A DNA stretch of 64,000 bases, from contig CAZCZE010000021.1 of the NCBI GenBank assembly GCA_964503125.1, forward strand, positions 13,207-77,206, given 5' to 3'. The position numbers and the translations under genes were made by a program. The stretch is from an uncultured Gammaproteobacteria bacterium (GTDB lineage Bacteria > Pseudomonadota > Gammaproteobacteria > Steroidobacterales > Rariloculaceae). The notes beneath the pieces were generated by a model. It did no database searches and was not told the origin of the DNA. It saw only the letters and a list, made by a program, of their open reading frames with translations. Positions within the stretch are counted from its first letter, which is position 1. Each line of letters begins with the position of its first letter. Below are positions 56,370-64,000 of the stretch, in pieces.

Positions 56370-56397
56370 CCCAGGGACGGATTCCCTGGGCCGGGAG
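56370..56397 (+). promoter_or_regulatory. GGA-loop hairpin plus GGA-containing SD (candidate CsrA/Rsm sites)
   Basis: cccaggga-cggat-tccctggg (56370-56390) contains ACGGAU; SD GGGAG at 56393-56397 before ATG 56404. Confidence 0.55.
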
Positions 56398-56403
56398 CAT
56401 TGA

Positions 56404-56676
56404 ATGCTCGTGGTCTCGCGCAAGGAGAATGAGTGGATCCGGATCGAGCCCGTCGAGGGCCTCGATCCGGCCCTTACGTTGCATGACGTTTTTGCGGACG
56501 GACCGATCATCGTCGAGGTGATGCACGTTGGCCGGCGCGCGCGGCTGGTCATCGACGCACCTCCCGCACTCAAGATCTCGCGCGGTTCGCCGGCCGCCCC
56601 GGGTGAGGCGCCCGCCGTGCCGGAGCCGGGCGTTGCCGCAACCGCCGTCGCTGCACTGCTGCAAAGCTCGCCATGA
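56404..56676 (+). CDS. Atypical CsrA/RsmA-family protein
   Basis: MLVVSRKENEWIRI...IIVEVMHVGRRARLVIDAPPALKISR follows the CsrA pattern, with an insertion after strand 2 and no HREE. Confidence 0.75.
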   Translation: MLVVSRKENEWIRIEPVEGLDPALTLHDVFADGPIIVEVMHVGRRARLVIDAPPALKISRGSPAAPGEAPAVPEPGVAATAVAALLQSSP

Positions 56677-58178
56677 GACCAGCGACGAGCACGCTACCGG
56701 CGCGCCCAGAGATTCTGCCGAAGTCCGTCGACGGCAGCGGTCTGCTCGCGGCAATTCTGGTTTCGCCCCGCGGCCGCGTGCTCGGCGTGAACAAAGAGCT
56801 CGAACGGCTGCTCGGCTATCCCTCACGCGAGGCGCTCCTGAACAGGTACGTGCCGGACGACCTCCTCCGGCAATCGGGCGACTGGGCGCGCTGGGCGCAG
56901 GTAGCGACCGACGGCGACGCCAAAGACATCGAGACCGAGTTCGTGACGGCCGACGGGCGCAGCGTTTACCTGCGCGGCAAGATCGAACGCGTCACGCGGC
57001 ACAAGAGCGGAGCCGCATCCGTGCGGGGCATTTTCGTCGACGACACGCCACTGCACCGGCTCCGCGAGCTCTCGCTCGAGACGGCGAGAATCGAGGCTGC
57101 GCTCAGTCTCGCGGCTGGAGTCTCCCACGACTTCAACAACCTCCTGACCGTTCTCGTCGGCAATCTGTATCTCGTTTCGGAGCTCGTCCGGACGGACGCC
57201 GCATTGCACGAAAAAGTACGCAAAGCACGCGACGCCGCGAAACGGGGTGCTGCTCTCGCGCGGCAGCTTCTCGACGTCGCTCGAGGCGCCGACGCCGACG
57301 TCGGTGCCGCGCTCGTCAACGCTAAGCAGGTCGTCGAAACGCTGTCGCCGCTTCTGAAGGCTGTGCTCGGAGCCCGCATCAGTCTCAAGACGACCGTCGG
57401 CCAGAACGTCCCTGCGGTCAACGTCAATCGAGCACAGCTCGAGAGCGTCGTCACCAACCTCGTCATCAACGCGCGCGACGCGATTCCCGACGGCCGCCCG
57501 GGGACCGTCACGATCACCGTGGGCAAACGAGAAATCCCGGCGGCCAACGTGACGGCGGTCAAGGCCGGCTCGTACGTCGAGCTGGCGGTCGGCGATGACG
57601 GCTGCGGGATTCCGTCCGAGCTCATCGAGCGCGTGTTCGAGCCCTTCTTCTCGACCAAGGCCAAGACCAAGGGGAATGGCCTTGGGCTGCCGATGGTCCG
57701 CTGGTTCGCCGAGAAGGCCGGCGGCGCCGTATCGCTCAAGAGCCGTCCCGGCGAAGGGACCGCCGTCGCCGTCCTCTTGCCCGCGCATCACACGGAGGCT
57801 GCGGACACGGCGGGTCTCACGATGCCGCTATCGTCGCTCCCGAGCGGTAACGAGCAGGTCATCGTTCTTTCGGACGACGACGAGTTCCGCGTGACGGTAG
57901 AGCAGATCCTTAGCACGTTGGGATACCGCACGTTATCGCGAGACCACGGTAGCGACGACGACGCGCTGCGCGCCGTGCTTGTCGTGGACGCGCAAGCGCT
58001 TCGGACGGAGGCGGCCGAGCGAATCGATGCGCTCGTGCGCCGTCAAGGCCGAGCGCTCGGCGTCGTCGTGGTCGGCGAATGCCAGGCCGACTGGCCGATC
58101 ACGCCCGTGACGATCGGGAAGCCATTCACTTTGCCCGAGCTCGCCAAAGCTGTTCGCACTGCGGCCGAAGGAGTCTGA
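56673..58178 (+). CDS. PAS-containing hybrid histidine kinase with divergent receiver
   Basis: SHDFNNLL H-box, NLVINARDA, DDGCGI, FEPFFSTK, GLGL; C-terminal REC-like domain ending IGKPF. ATGA overlap with the csrA-like gene. Confidence 0.92.
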   Translation: MRPATSTLPARPEILPKSVDGSGLLAAILVSPRGRVLGVNKELERLLGYPSREALLNRYVPDDLLRQSGDWARWAQVATDGDAKDIETEFVTADGRSVYLRGKIERVTRHKSGAASVRGIFVDDTPLHRLRELSLETARIEAALSLAAGVSHDFNNLLTVLVGNLYLVSELVRTDAALHEKVRKARDAAKRGAALARQLLDVARGADADVGAALVNAKQVVETLSPLLKAVLGARISLKTTVGQNVPAVNVNRAQLESVVTNLVINARDAIPDGRPGTVTITVGKREIPAANVTAVKAGSYVELAVGDDGCGIPSELIERVFEPFFSTKAKTKGNGLGLPMVRWFAEKAGGAVSLKSRPGEGTAVAVLLPAHHTEAADTAGLTMPLSSLPSGNEQVIVLSDDDEFRVTVEQILSTLGYRTLSRDHGSDDDALRAVLVVDAQALRTEAAERIDALVRRQGRALGVVVVGECQADWPITPVTIGKPFTLPELAKAVRTAAEGV

Positions 58179-58180
58179 CC

Positions 58181-59377
58181 ATGCCCCAGAAGGATCCCGT
58201 TCTCCTTGCGCTCGACGACGAGGAGGAAATAGCCGAAACCGTGTGTGCCATCGGCGCCAGAGCCGGTTTCCGTACCATCTCATCCACGACGCCGGCGCGA
58301 ATCCGCGAGCTCGTCGAGCAAAACCACCCGGACGTCATCGTGCTCGACCTGCAGATGCCCGGCCTCGACGGCGTCAGCGCGCTCCGGCACCTCGCCGACG
58401 TGCGTTCAACCGCGAAAATCTTTCTCGTGACCGGGATGGACGAGCGCACGATCGCCTCCGCAGAGCAGTACGGGCTGCGCCGTGGCCTCACGATTTTCGG
58501 CACGCTCCAGAAGCCCTTCGATCCCGACGAGCTCTTCGCGCGGCTGGAGCGCGCGCATGCGGCCATTCGCCCGTTGACGGCTCACGACCTCGAACAGGCC
58601 ATCGCCAACGGCGAGCTCGTGGTCCACTACCAGCCGATCATCCGGCGGTTCGCGGACAACACTTGGGACATCGCGGCAGTCGAAGCCTTACTGCGCTGGA
58701 ACCACCCGATCCGCGGGCACCTGACGCCCGACTCGTTCGTGTCGATGGGCGAGGCTGGCGGCTTGAGTCGCGCCATCACCGACTTCGTTCTCCAACGCGG
58801 CATCGAACAGCTCAAAGGCTGGGAGGCGCTGCGTCTGCGATTGGGGCTTAGGATCAACGTCGCCGCAACGCTGATTTCCGACATCGGCTTCCCGGATCGC
58901 CTCGAAGCGATGCTCGTTCAGCACTCCCTCGATGCCGAGATGCTCGCCTTGGAGATCACGGAAACGGCGATGCTCGAGCAGACGCCCGACGCGTTCGACA
59001 TTCTCACGCGGCTCAGAATCAAGAACATCGGCCTCGCGATCGACGACTTCGGCATCGGCTATTCCTCGCTGACACAGCTGTTTCGGATGCCGTTCAACGA
59101 AATGAAAATCGATCGGTCCTTGGTCGGTCGAATCATCGAAGCGAAAGAAGCCATGATCATGGTCGACGCGCTCGTGGCGCTGGCGCACAAGCTCAACCTC
59201 GTGGTGTGCGCGGAAGGCGTGGAGAATCAGGCGACGCTCGACGCTCTCGGCGGATTCGGCTGCGACTTCGCGCAGGGCTATCACATCAGTCCGCCGGTGC
59301 CGGCCGCGGAGATCCCGAAGATCATCGCCCGCTGGGATCAGCAGCAGCACCGCCAGCCTGCGGCCAAGTCGCGCTAG
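58181..59377 (+). CDS. REC-EAL c-di-GMP phosphodiesterase
   Basis: DLQMPGLDG, KPF; EALLRW, LEITET, DDFGIGYSSL, KIDRS, AEGVE, QGY. Confidence 0.93.
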   Translation: MPQKDPVLLALDDEEEIAETVCAIGARAGFRTISSTTPARIRELVEQNHPDVIVLDLQMPGLDGVSALRHLADVRSTAKIFLVTGMDERTIASAEQYGLRRGLTIFGTLQKPFDPDELFARLERAHAAIRPLTAHDLEQAIANGELVVHYQPIIRRFADNTWDIAAVEALLRWNHPIRGHLTPDSFVSMGEAGGLSRAITDFVLQRGIEQLKGWEALRLRLGLRINVAATLISDIGFPDRLEAMLVQHSLDAEMLALEITETAMLEQTPDAFDILTRLRIKNIGLAIDDFGIGYSSLTQLFRMPFNEMKIDRSLVGRIIEAKEAMIMVDALVALAHKLNLVVCAEGVENQATLDALGGFGCDFAQGYHISPPVPAAEIPKIIARWDQQQHRQPAAKSR

Positions 59378-59483
59378 CTGCTACCCGCGACGTTCTCGCC
59401 CGCGAGCGCTCGCCGGCTTGCAAGCGGCGGGCGTGCACGTCAAAGTCCTGCCCTTCGCGCGCGATTACCGCTAAGGGACGATC

Positions 59484-60365
59484 ATGAAAGTCGGATTCGT
59501 CGGCCTCGGCCGCATGGGACAGGGCATGGCCCGCCGCCTGCTCGATGCGGGGCACACGCTCACGGTGTTCGATCAGTTCCCCGCGCAGGCCACGGCGCTC
59601 GGCGCCGCGGGCGCGCACGTCGCGGCGTCCGTGGCCGAGCTCGCCGCACGCAGCGACGTCGTCGTCACGATGCTCGTCCAGGACTTAGGTCTAGCGCAGG
59701 TCGCGCTCGGTCCCGGTGGCATCAAAGACTCGCTCGCGAAAGGCGCGATCCATCTCGTCATGGGCACGCACGGCGTCGCCGTGGTGCGCGAGCTCGAGGC
59801 CGGCCATCGCGCCGCAGGCCAGACGCTCGTCGCCGCGCCCGTGCTCGGCCGGCCCGATCTGGCCGCGAGCGGCCAGCTCGGCATCGTCGTCGCGGGGCCC
59901 GAGCCCGCCGTCGCGCGCTGCAACGAGCTACTCCAGTCGATGGGCGGGCGTATTTTCGCCGCGGGTGTCAAGCCCGAGTCCGCCACGGCCATCAAGCTCG
60001 CGAACAACGCCGTGCTCGGCTGCGCGATGGTCGCGATGGCCGAGGGCTTCGCGCTCGTGCGCAAGTACGACGTGGCGCCGCAGGTGTTTCAGGACGTCAT
60101 GGTCGAAGGCTTGTTCGCCGCGACCGCGTACAAGGTGTACGGCCAGAAGATGGTCGACGAGAGCTTCGATCAGGTCGGCTCGCCGATCCATGTGGGACTC
60201 AAAGACTCGAACTTGATTGCGGCCGCCGCCGACCTCGCGCGCGTGCCGATGCCAAGCCACAACGTCTATCGCGACCGGCTGCTCGGCGCCGTCGCTCACG
60301 GCGACGGCGATCGCGACCAGGCCGTGCTCGCGCGCGAGCAGGCCCGCGCGTCGGGGCTCGAGTAA
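59484..60365 (+). CDS. NAD(P)-dependent beta-hydroxyacid dehydrogenase-family oxidoreductase
   Basis: GFVGLGRMG, APVLG, KLANN. Confidence 0.9.
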   Translation: MKVGFVGLGRMGQGMARRLLDAGHTLTVFDQFPAQATALGAAGAHVAASVAELAARSDVVVTMLVQDLGLAQVALGPGGIKDSLAKGAIHLVMGTHGVAVVRELEAGHRAAGQTLVAAPVLGRPDLAASGQLGIVVAGPEPAVARCNELLQSMGGRIFAAGVKPESATAIKLANNAVLGCAMVAMAEGFALVRKYDVAPQVFQDVMVEGLFAATAYKVYGQKMVDESFDQVGSPIHVGLKDSNLIAAAADLARVPMPSHNVYRDRLLGAVAHGDGDRDQAVLAREQARASGLE

Positions 60366-60371
60366 CGCGAG

Positions 60372-60845
60372 TTAGGCTGCCGAGAGCGTTCTAGCGGGCT
60401 GCGGGCGGCCGAGATACAACAGGTGCGCCGCGCCCATCGCGGGCAAAGCCACGAACATCACGTAGAACCCGCCCCACTCGATCGAGAACTCGGTGCCGCT
60501 CGCGAGGTTCGCCACGACGTAGACCGCGGCGAGCAGAATCGGCCCTCCGACGAGGGCCGCGCTGACCCAGCCGCGCCGCAACGCTCGACCGAGCACGATG
60601 TGGCGCATGGCGACGACGAGCCCGAGCGGGCCGAGCAGGCCGATCACGGCACCCACGAGCATCTTCGCGAGCATCGCGACGCCTACGGGCGTGCCGACGT
60701 AGAGGTCGATGGTCGCGCCGTCGAGCCACGCGACGCCCGACGGGTCGAACATGACAGCGAACCAGCCCAACGTCAGCGGAACAAAACACAGCGCCATCTC
60801 GAGCGCCAACACGAAACGCGAAACTCGCAGAGTGCCCATGTCCAT
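60372..60845 (-). CDS. Hypothetical 4-TM membrane protein
   Basis: GAGGAG before ATG 60845; four hydrophobic segments. Confidence 0.7.
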   Translation of the reverse strand: MDMGTLRVSRFVLALEMALCFVPLTLGWFAVMFDPSGVAWLDGATIDLYVGTPVGVAMLAKMLVGAVIGLLGPLGLVVAMRHIVLGRALRRGWVSAALVGGPILLAAVYVVANLASGTEFSIEWGGFYVMFVALPAMGAAHLLYLGRPQPARTLSAA

Positions 60846-60907
60846 GTCAGTTCTCCTCAAGTTGATGGCGGCGAGCGAGCAACCGCACGCCTAGCGCAAT
60901 CCTTCCC

Positions 60908-61318
60908 TCAGCGCACACGATCCACGGACATGGGTCCATACGGCGTCGCCGCGTCGAAGCCCAGCACCGCGCCACGGCCGTCGACACGGAACTTCACGTC
61001 GACGTCCGGGGACTGCTGCAGGAAGAACTCTGTTTCGGACGTCCCCAGCATCTCGAACGGCACGTACCCGGGGCTCTGCGCGTAGAGCCGCCCATCCTTC
61101 ATGCTGAGATCGACCGCGAAATCCGCCCGCCCTTCGTAGCGACCGACGTAGCGCTCGAGAATCGCCGGATCCAGCGTGATCGAGGCGCGCACCGGCCGGG
61201 CGATGCGAGGAGTTCTCACCGGCGCGAGCGGCGACTCCACGGGTTTGAGCCAGAGCCATAGCGCGCAAAACACCACGCAGGCGGAGAGGAACACGGCGGG
61301 ATGTATCGTGATTTTCAT
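60908..61318 (-). CDS. DUF3471-like domain protein with N-terminal anchor
   Basis: ITLDPAILERYVGRY, DGRLYAQ, SETEFF. Confidence 0.75.
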   Translation of the reverse strand: MKITIHPAVFLSACVVFCALWLWLKPVESPLAPVRTPRIARPVRASITLDPAILERYVGRYEGRADFAVDLSMKDGRLYAQSPGYVPFEMLGTSETEFFLQQSPDVDVKFRVDGRGAVLGFDAATPYGPMSVDRVR

Positions 61319-61328
61319 TGCACTCGCC

Positions 61329-62684
61329 TCAGGCCGCCGCACGCACGGTGGCGTCCGCTCGGCAGCGCATCCAATCGAGCTGCGCCCAGCGGCGCTGCGC
61401 GATGCTCCGGAAGGTGAGCGCAAGCACCGCGAGCGCGCCCTCGAAAACGTAGACCACCGTCGCCGGCGTCGCCGGCCTGGACGCGTAGTTCGCGGCGATC
61501 ATCAATAGGACCATCGCCGCAACCGCGAGCGCGGCATCGAGCCAGCCGATCGGCGCGGTGATCATCATGCCGAGATAGGTGCTGAGCGCGATGCCAAGCA
61601 TCGCGAGACCCATGCCGAAAACGAGCACCTTCGTCGGCACGTACGCCTCCGAGCCGAGCACGACGAGCAGCACGAGCAGCACGCCGAGCGCAAAGCTGTT
61701 GTGGCGCCAGAGCGCTTCCTCGACGCGTCTGAACAGCTCCGCGCGCGTCCAGCGGGCTCGCAGCCACAGCCTGCGGCTACGCGTGGCCGCCATGCTTGCG
61801 ATCGCGCCTGCCAGGATGCTTAAGATCGACATAAAAAACAGCCACGGGCTAAATGCTGACGGCGCCGCGACTTCGAATCCGGAGAGGAAATACCAGGCCA
61901 TCAGAATCGCCACGACTTGCCCGAGCGCCAGCGCCCACGGCCGCCCGGTCCCGATCAAGAAATCGACCTCCCCACCCCCGTGGTACGCCGCGCCCTTGAA
62001 GCGCGCCGCGATCGCTTGCCGGATCCGGCCGACGGTGCCCTTCCACCGCGGGGCCAGCAGAAATGCGGCGGCGAACACGCCCCAGATCAGAAACGACGCG
62101 GCCCATGGGGCGGTGAGCGATCTCGACGGCGCCGCGATGAAAGGCAGCGGCACGATGAGCGTCGCGATCATGACGATCGACCCGACGAGGAGGCCGATCG
62201 CAGAGCTGGTCCTACCGATGATCCAAAGCACGACGTACAGCAGATTGCTCGTGAGTAGCGCCACCACGAACGCACGCTCGAACACGACGTCGAGCTGCAG
62301 CGGCGTGCGCATGTAGTAAACCGTGGTCGTGCCGGCCACGACCAAGGCCACAAGAGTCAGCGTGACGAATACGCTCGCGAGGAGCTTGATGCGCCCGTGC
62401 GGCAACACGTACAGGTAGTGGCTCGCCGCGAGCCGCGCAAACAGCGTCGGCAGCAGCGAAGCGCCGAACGCGACGGCTACGACGCCGGCGACGGGCGTCA
62501 AGAATATGAGCGTTTCTACGCCCTGCGAGAAGCGCGATGGCTCGCCCTGGCTGCGGAGAATCGGCGGCAGGTACAGAAACAGCACGCTCCCGCCGAACAC
62601 GCCGAGCGCACCGAGCGTCGTCGTGATTGCGAGCAGCGGCGTGCCCGTGAAATACGTGCGCACGAGCCTGAGCAGGGCTTTCAT
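61329..62684 (-). CDS. ABC transporter permease-like membrane protein (about 12 TM)
   Basis: Highly hydrophobic; ATGA overlap with the ABC ATPase gene. Confidence 0.75.
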   Translation of the reverse strand: MKALLRLVRTYFTGTPLLAITTTLGALGVFGGSVLFLYLPPILRSQGEPSRFSQGVETLIFLTPVAGVVAVAFGASLLPTLFARLAASHYLYVLPHGRIKLLASVFVTLTLVALVVAGTTTVYYMRTPLQLDVVFERAFVVALLTSNLLYVVLWIIGRTSSAIGLLVGSIVMIATLIVPLPFIAAPSRSLTAPWAASFLIWGVFAAAFLLAPRWKGTVGRIRQAIAARFKGAAYHGGGEVDFLIGTGRPWALALGQVVAILMAWYFLSGFEVAAPSAFSPWLFFMSILSILAGAIASMAATRSRRLWLRARWTRAELFRRVEEALWRHNSFALGVLLVLLVVLGSEAYVPTKVLVFGMGLAMLGIALSTYLGMMITAPIGWLDAALAVAAMVLLMIAANYASRPATPATVVYVFEGALAVLALTFRSIAQRRWAQLDWMRCRADATVRAAA

Positions 62685-63559
62685 CGATGCAGCTCCAAGA
62701 AGATGTCCTCGAGCGCGAGGTGCTCGACCTCGAGCTCCGCGTCGAGCTCCCTGCTCAGCGTCTTCTCGGCGTCCGGTCCCCAGTCCTTCACGATGGCCGT
62801 CGCCGAGATGCCGTTGCGCTTCAGCTTCAGCACGTTGGGGATCGGGAGGGACTCGGGTAACGGGCTCGTCGCGCGCACGTGCAACCGCACGATCGACTCC
62901 TTCAGAGAATCGAAGTCGCCCTGCCAATACATTCGCTGATCCTTGAGAATCCAGATCTTGTTCGCGAGCCGCTCGACGTCCGATACGATGTGCGACGAGA
63001 AGACCACGGCGCGGCTGCCGTCTGCTGCGACCTCGACGATCTGCTCGAGGAATTGGCGCCGTGCAATCGGATCGAGGCTGGCCACGGGCTCGTCGAGGAT
63101 CAGGACGTCGGGCTTGTGGCCGAGCGCGAGCAGGATCGAGAGCTTCTGTCGCTGCCCGACCGACATGCTCTTGATTCGCTGGCGTGAATCGACTTCCCAC
63201 TCATCGCACAACCGCGCGACGAGCGCATCGTCCCAGCGCGAGTAGAACGAGGCGATCACGCCGATCTGATCCGCCGCCGTGAGTTGATTGACGAGCTCGT
63301 CTTGCTGCGGCACGAAGCCGATGCGCGCTTTTGCGGCGCCCGGCAAGCCATAGCTGTCGTAGCCGAAAATCTGCACGCTGCCGGTGGTTGCCGGCGTGAA
63401 GCCGAGAACGAGCTCGAGCAAGGTTGTCTTGCCCGCACCGTTCTTGCCGAGCACGCCGACGACGTCGCCCGGCCCGACCGCGAACGAGGCGCCGGCGAGC
63501 ACAGTCTTGCCCGAGAAGGACTTACCGAGGTCGTGCGCGACGATGTACGGATCGCTCAT
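62681..63559 (-). CDS. ABC transporter ATP-binding protein (YtrB-like)
   Basis: GKNGAGKT, MSVGQRQK, ILDEPV, FSSH. Confidence 0.93.
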   Translation of the reverse strand: MSDPYIVAHDLGKSFSGKTVLAGASFAVGPGDVVGVLGKNGAGKTTLLELVLGFTPATTGSVQIFGYDSYGLPGAAKARIGFVPQQDELVNQLTAADQIGVIASFYSRWDDALVARLCDEWEVDSRQRIKSMSVGQRQKLSILLALGHKPDVLILDEPVASLDPIARRQFLEQIVEVAADGSRAVVFSSHIVSDVERLANKIWILKDQRMYWQGDFDSLKESIVRLHVRATSPLPESLPIPNVLKLKRNGISATAIVKDWGPDAEKTLSRELDAELEVEHLALEDIFLELHR

Positions 63560-63932
63560 CTTTGATCTCCCATGCGTTGCGTAAAGCCGCGACGACCTCG
63601 CCCTCTCCGAGCTCGAGCTGCCGGGCCGCGAGGACGAGCTGCTCGATCTGCGGCTCGAGCTGCGCCACTCGTTTCGCCGGCGGCGACTGCGTGCGGCCCG
63701 GCTTTGCGACCGTCATCGGCTTGCCACGATGCCGTTCGAGCACGCCCTCCGTCTCGAGCAGGTTGTAGACCTTCGATACCGTCATCGGATTGATCGCATG
63801 CTCCAACGCCAATGCGCGAATCGACGGTAGCTCCGTGCCCGGCGGCAGCTGGCCGCTCGCGGCCATGCGCCGAATTTGCTCGGAGAGCTGCCTGTAGATC
63901 GGTACGCCCGAGTGAGGTTTGAGGATGAACAT
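63522..63932 (-). CDS. GntR-family regulator, YtrA subfamily
   Basis: PIYRQL...GQLPPGTELPSIRALA....INPMTVSKVY..LE.EG; short C-domain; upstream of an ABC ATPase. Confidence 0.92.
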   Translation of the reverse strand: MFILKPHSGVPIYRQLSEQIRRMAASGQLPPGTELPSIRALALEHAINPMTVSKVYNLLETEGVLERHRGKPMTVAKPGRTQSPPAKRVAQLEPQIEQLVLAARQLELGEGEVVAALRNAWEIKDERSVHRRARPR

Positions 63933-63950
63933 CGGTAATGGCTAGCCGCC

Positions 63951-63978
63951 TAAGTGCACTAGTACAATGATGCACTTA
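63951..63978. promoter_or_regulatory. Palindromic operator upstream of the ytrA-like gene
   Basis: taagtgca-N12-tgcactta, a perfect 8-bp inverted repeat ending 19 nt upstream of the start codon. Confidence 0.7.
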
Positions 63979-64000
63979 TGCGATGTTGCGGCGCAAGGCT

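Overview
High-GC, probably soil-type gammaproteobacterial chromosome (inferred from gene content and synteny). Housekeeping core: prfA-prmC-moeB divergent from TPR-lolB-tRNA-Gln-prs-rplY-pth-ychF. hemA and ispE are missing from their usual positions. The rest is mostly secreted or periplasmic enzymes and small accessory operons. Main observations: (1) A 13.3-kb block at 30183-43552 is flanked by a 27-bp exact direct repeat (about 45 bp imperfect) and interrupts a TolB/PD40-like gene relic. It carries four unusual genes in two convergent pairs: a STAND-type class III cyclase plus an atypical Old Yellow Enzyme, facing a membrane-anchored RoxA-like di-haem cytochrome c plus a 1562-aa GMC oxidoreductase/patatin-like phospholipase fusion. 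(2) A DUF6644-DUF6644-peptide-lipoprotein-DUF6152 locus at 53-55.7 kb, whose last two genes recur as one fused gene at 17.2-18.2 kb; both DUF6152 domains have a predicted mature N-terminal His-His. (3) An atypical csrA paralogue with a GGA-loop hairpin in its leader, coupled to a hybrid kinase and a REC-EAL protein. (4) Several deletion scars: an RHH/MazF toxin-antitoxin relic, a wingless MarR, and an MscS-like stub at the hemA position. No CRISPR array, rRNA, integrase or transposase was seen. Family names come from motif recognition by eye, not database searches.
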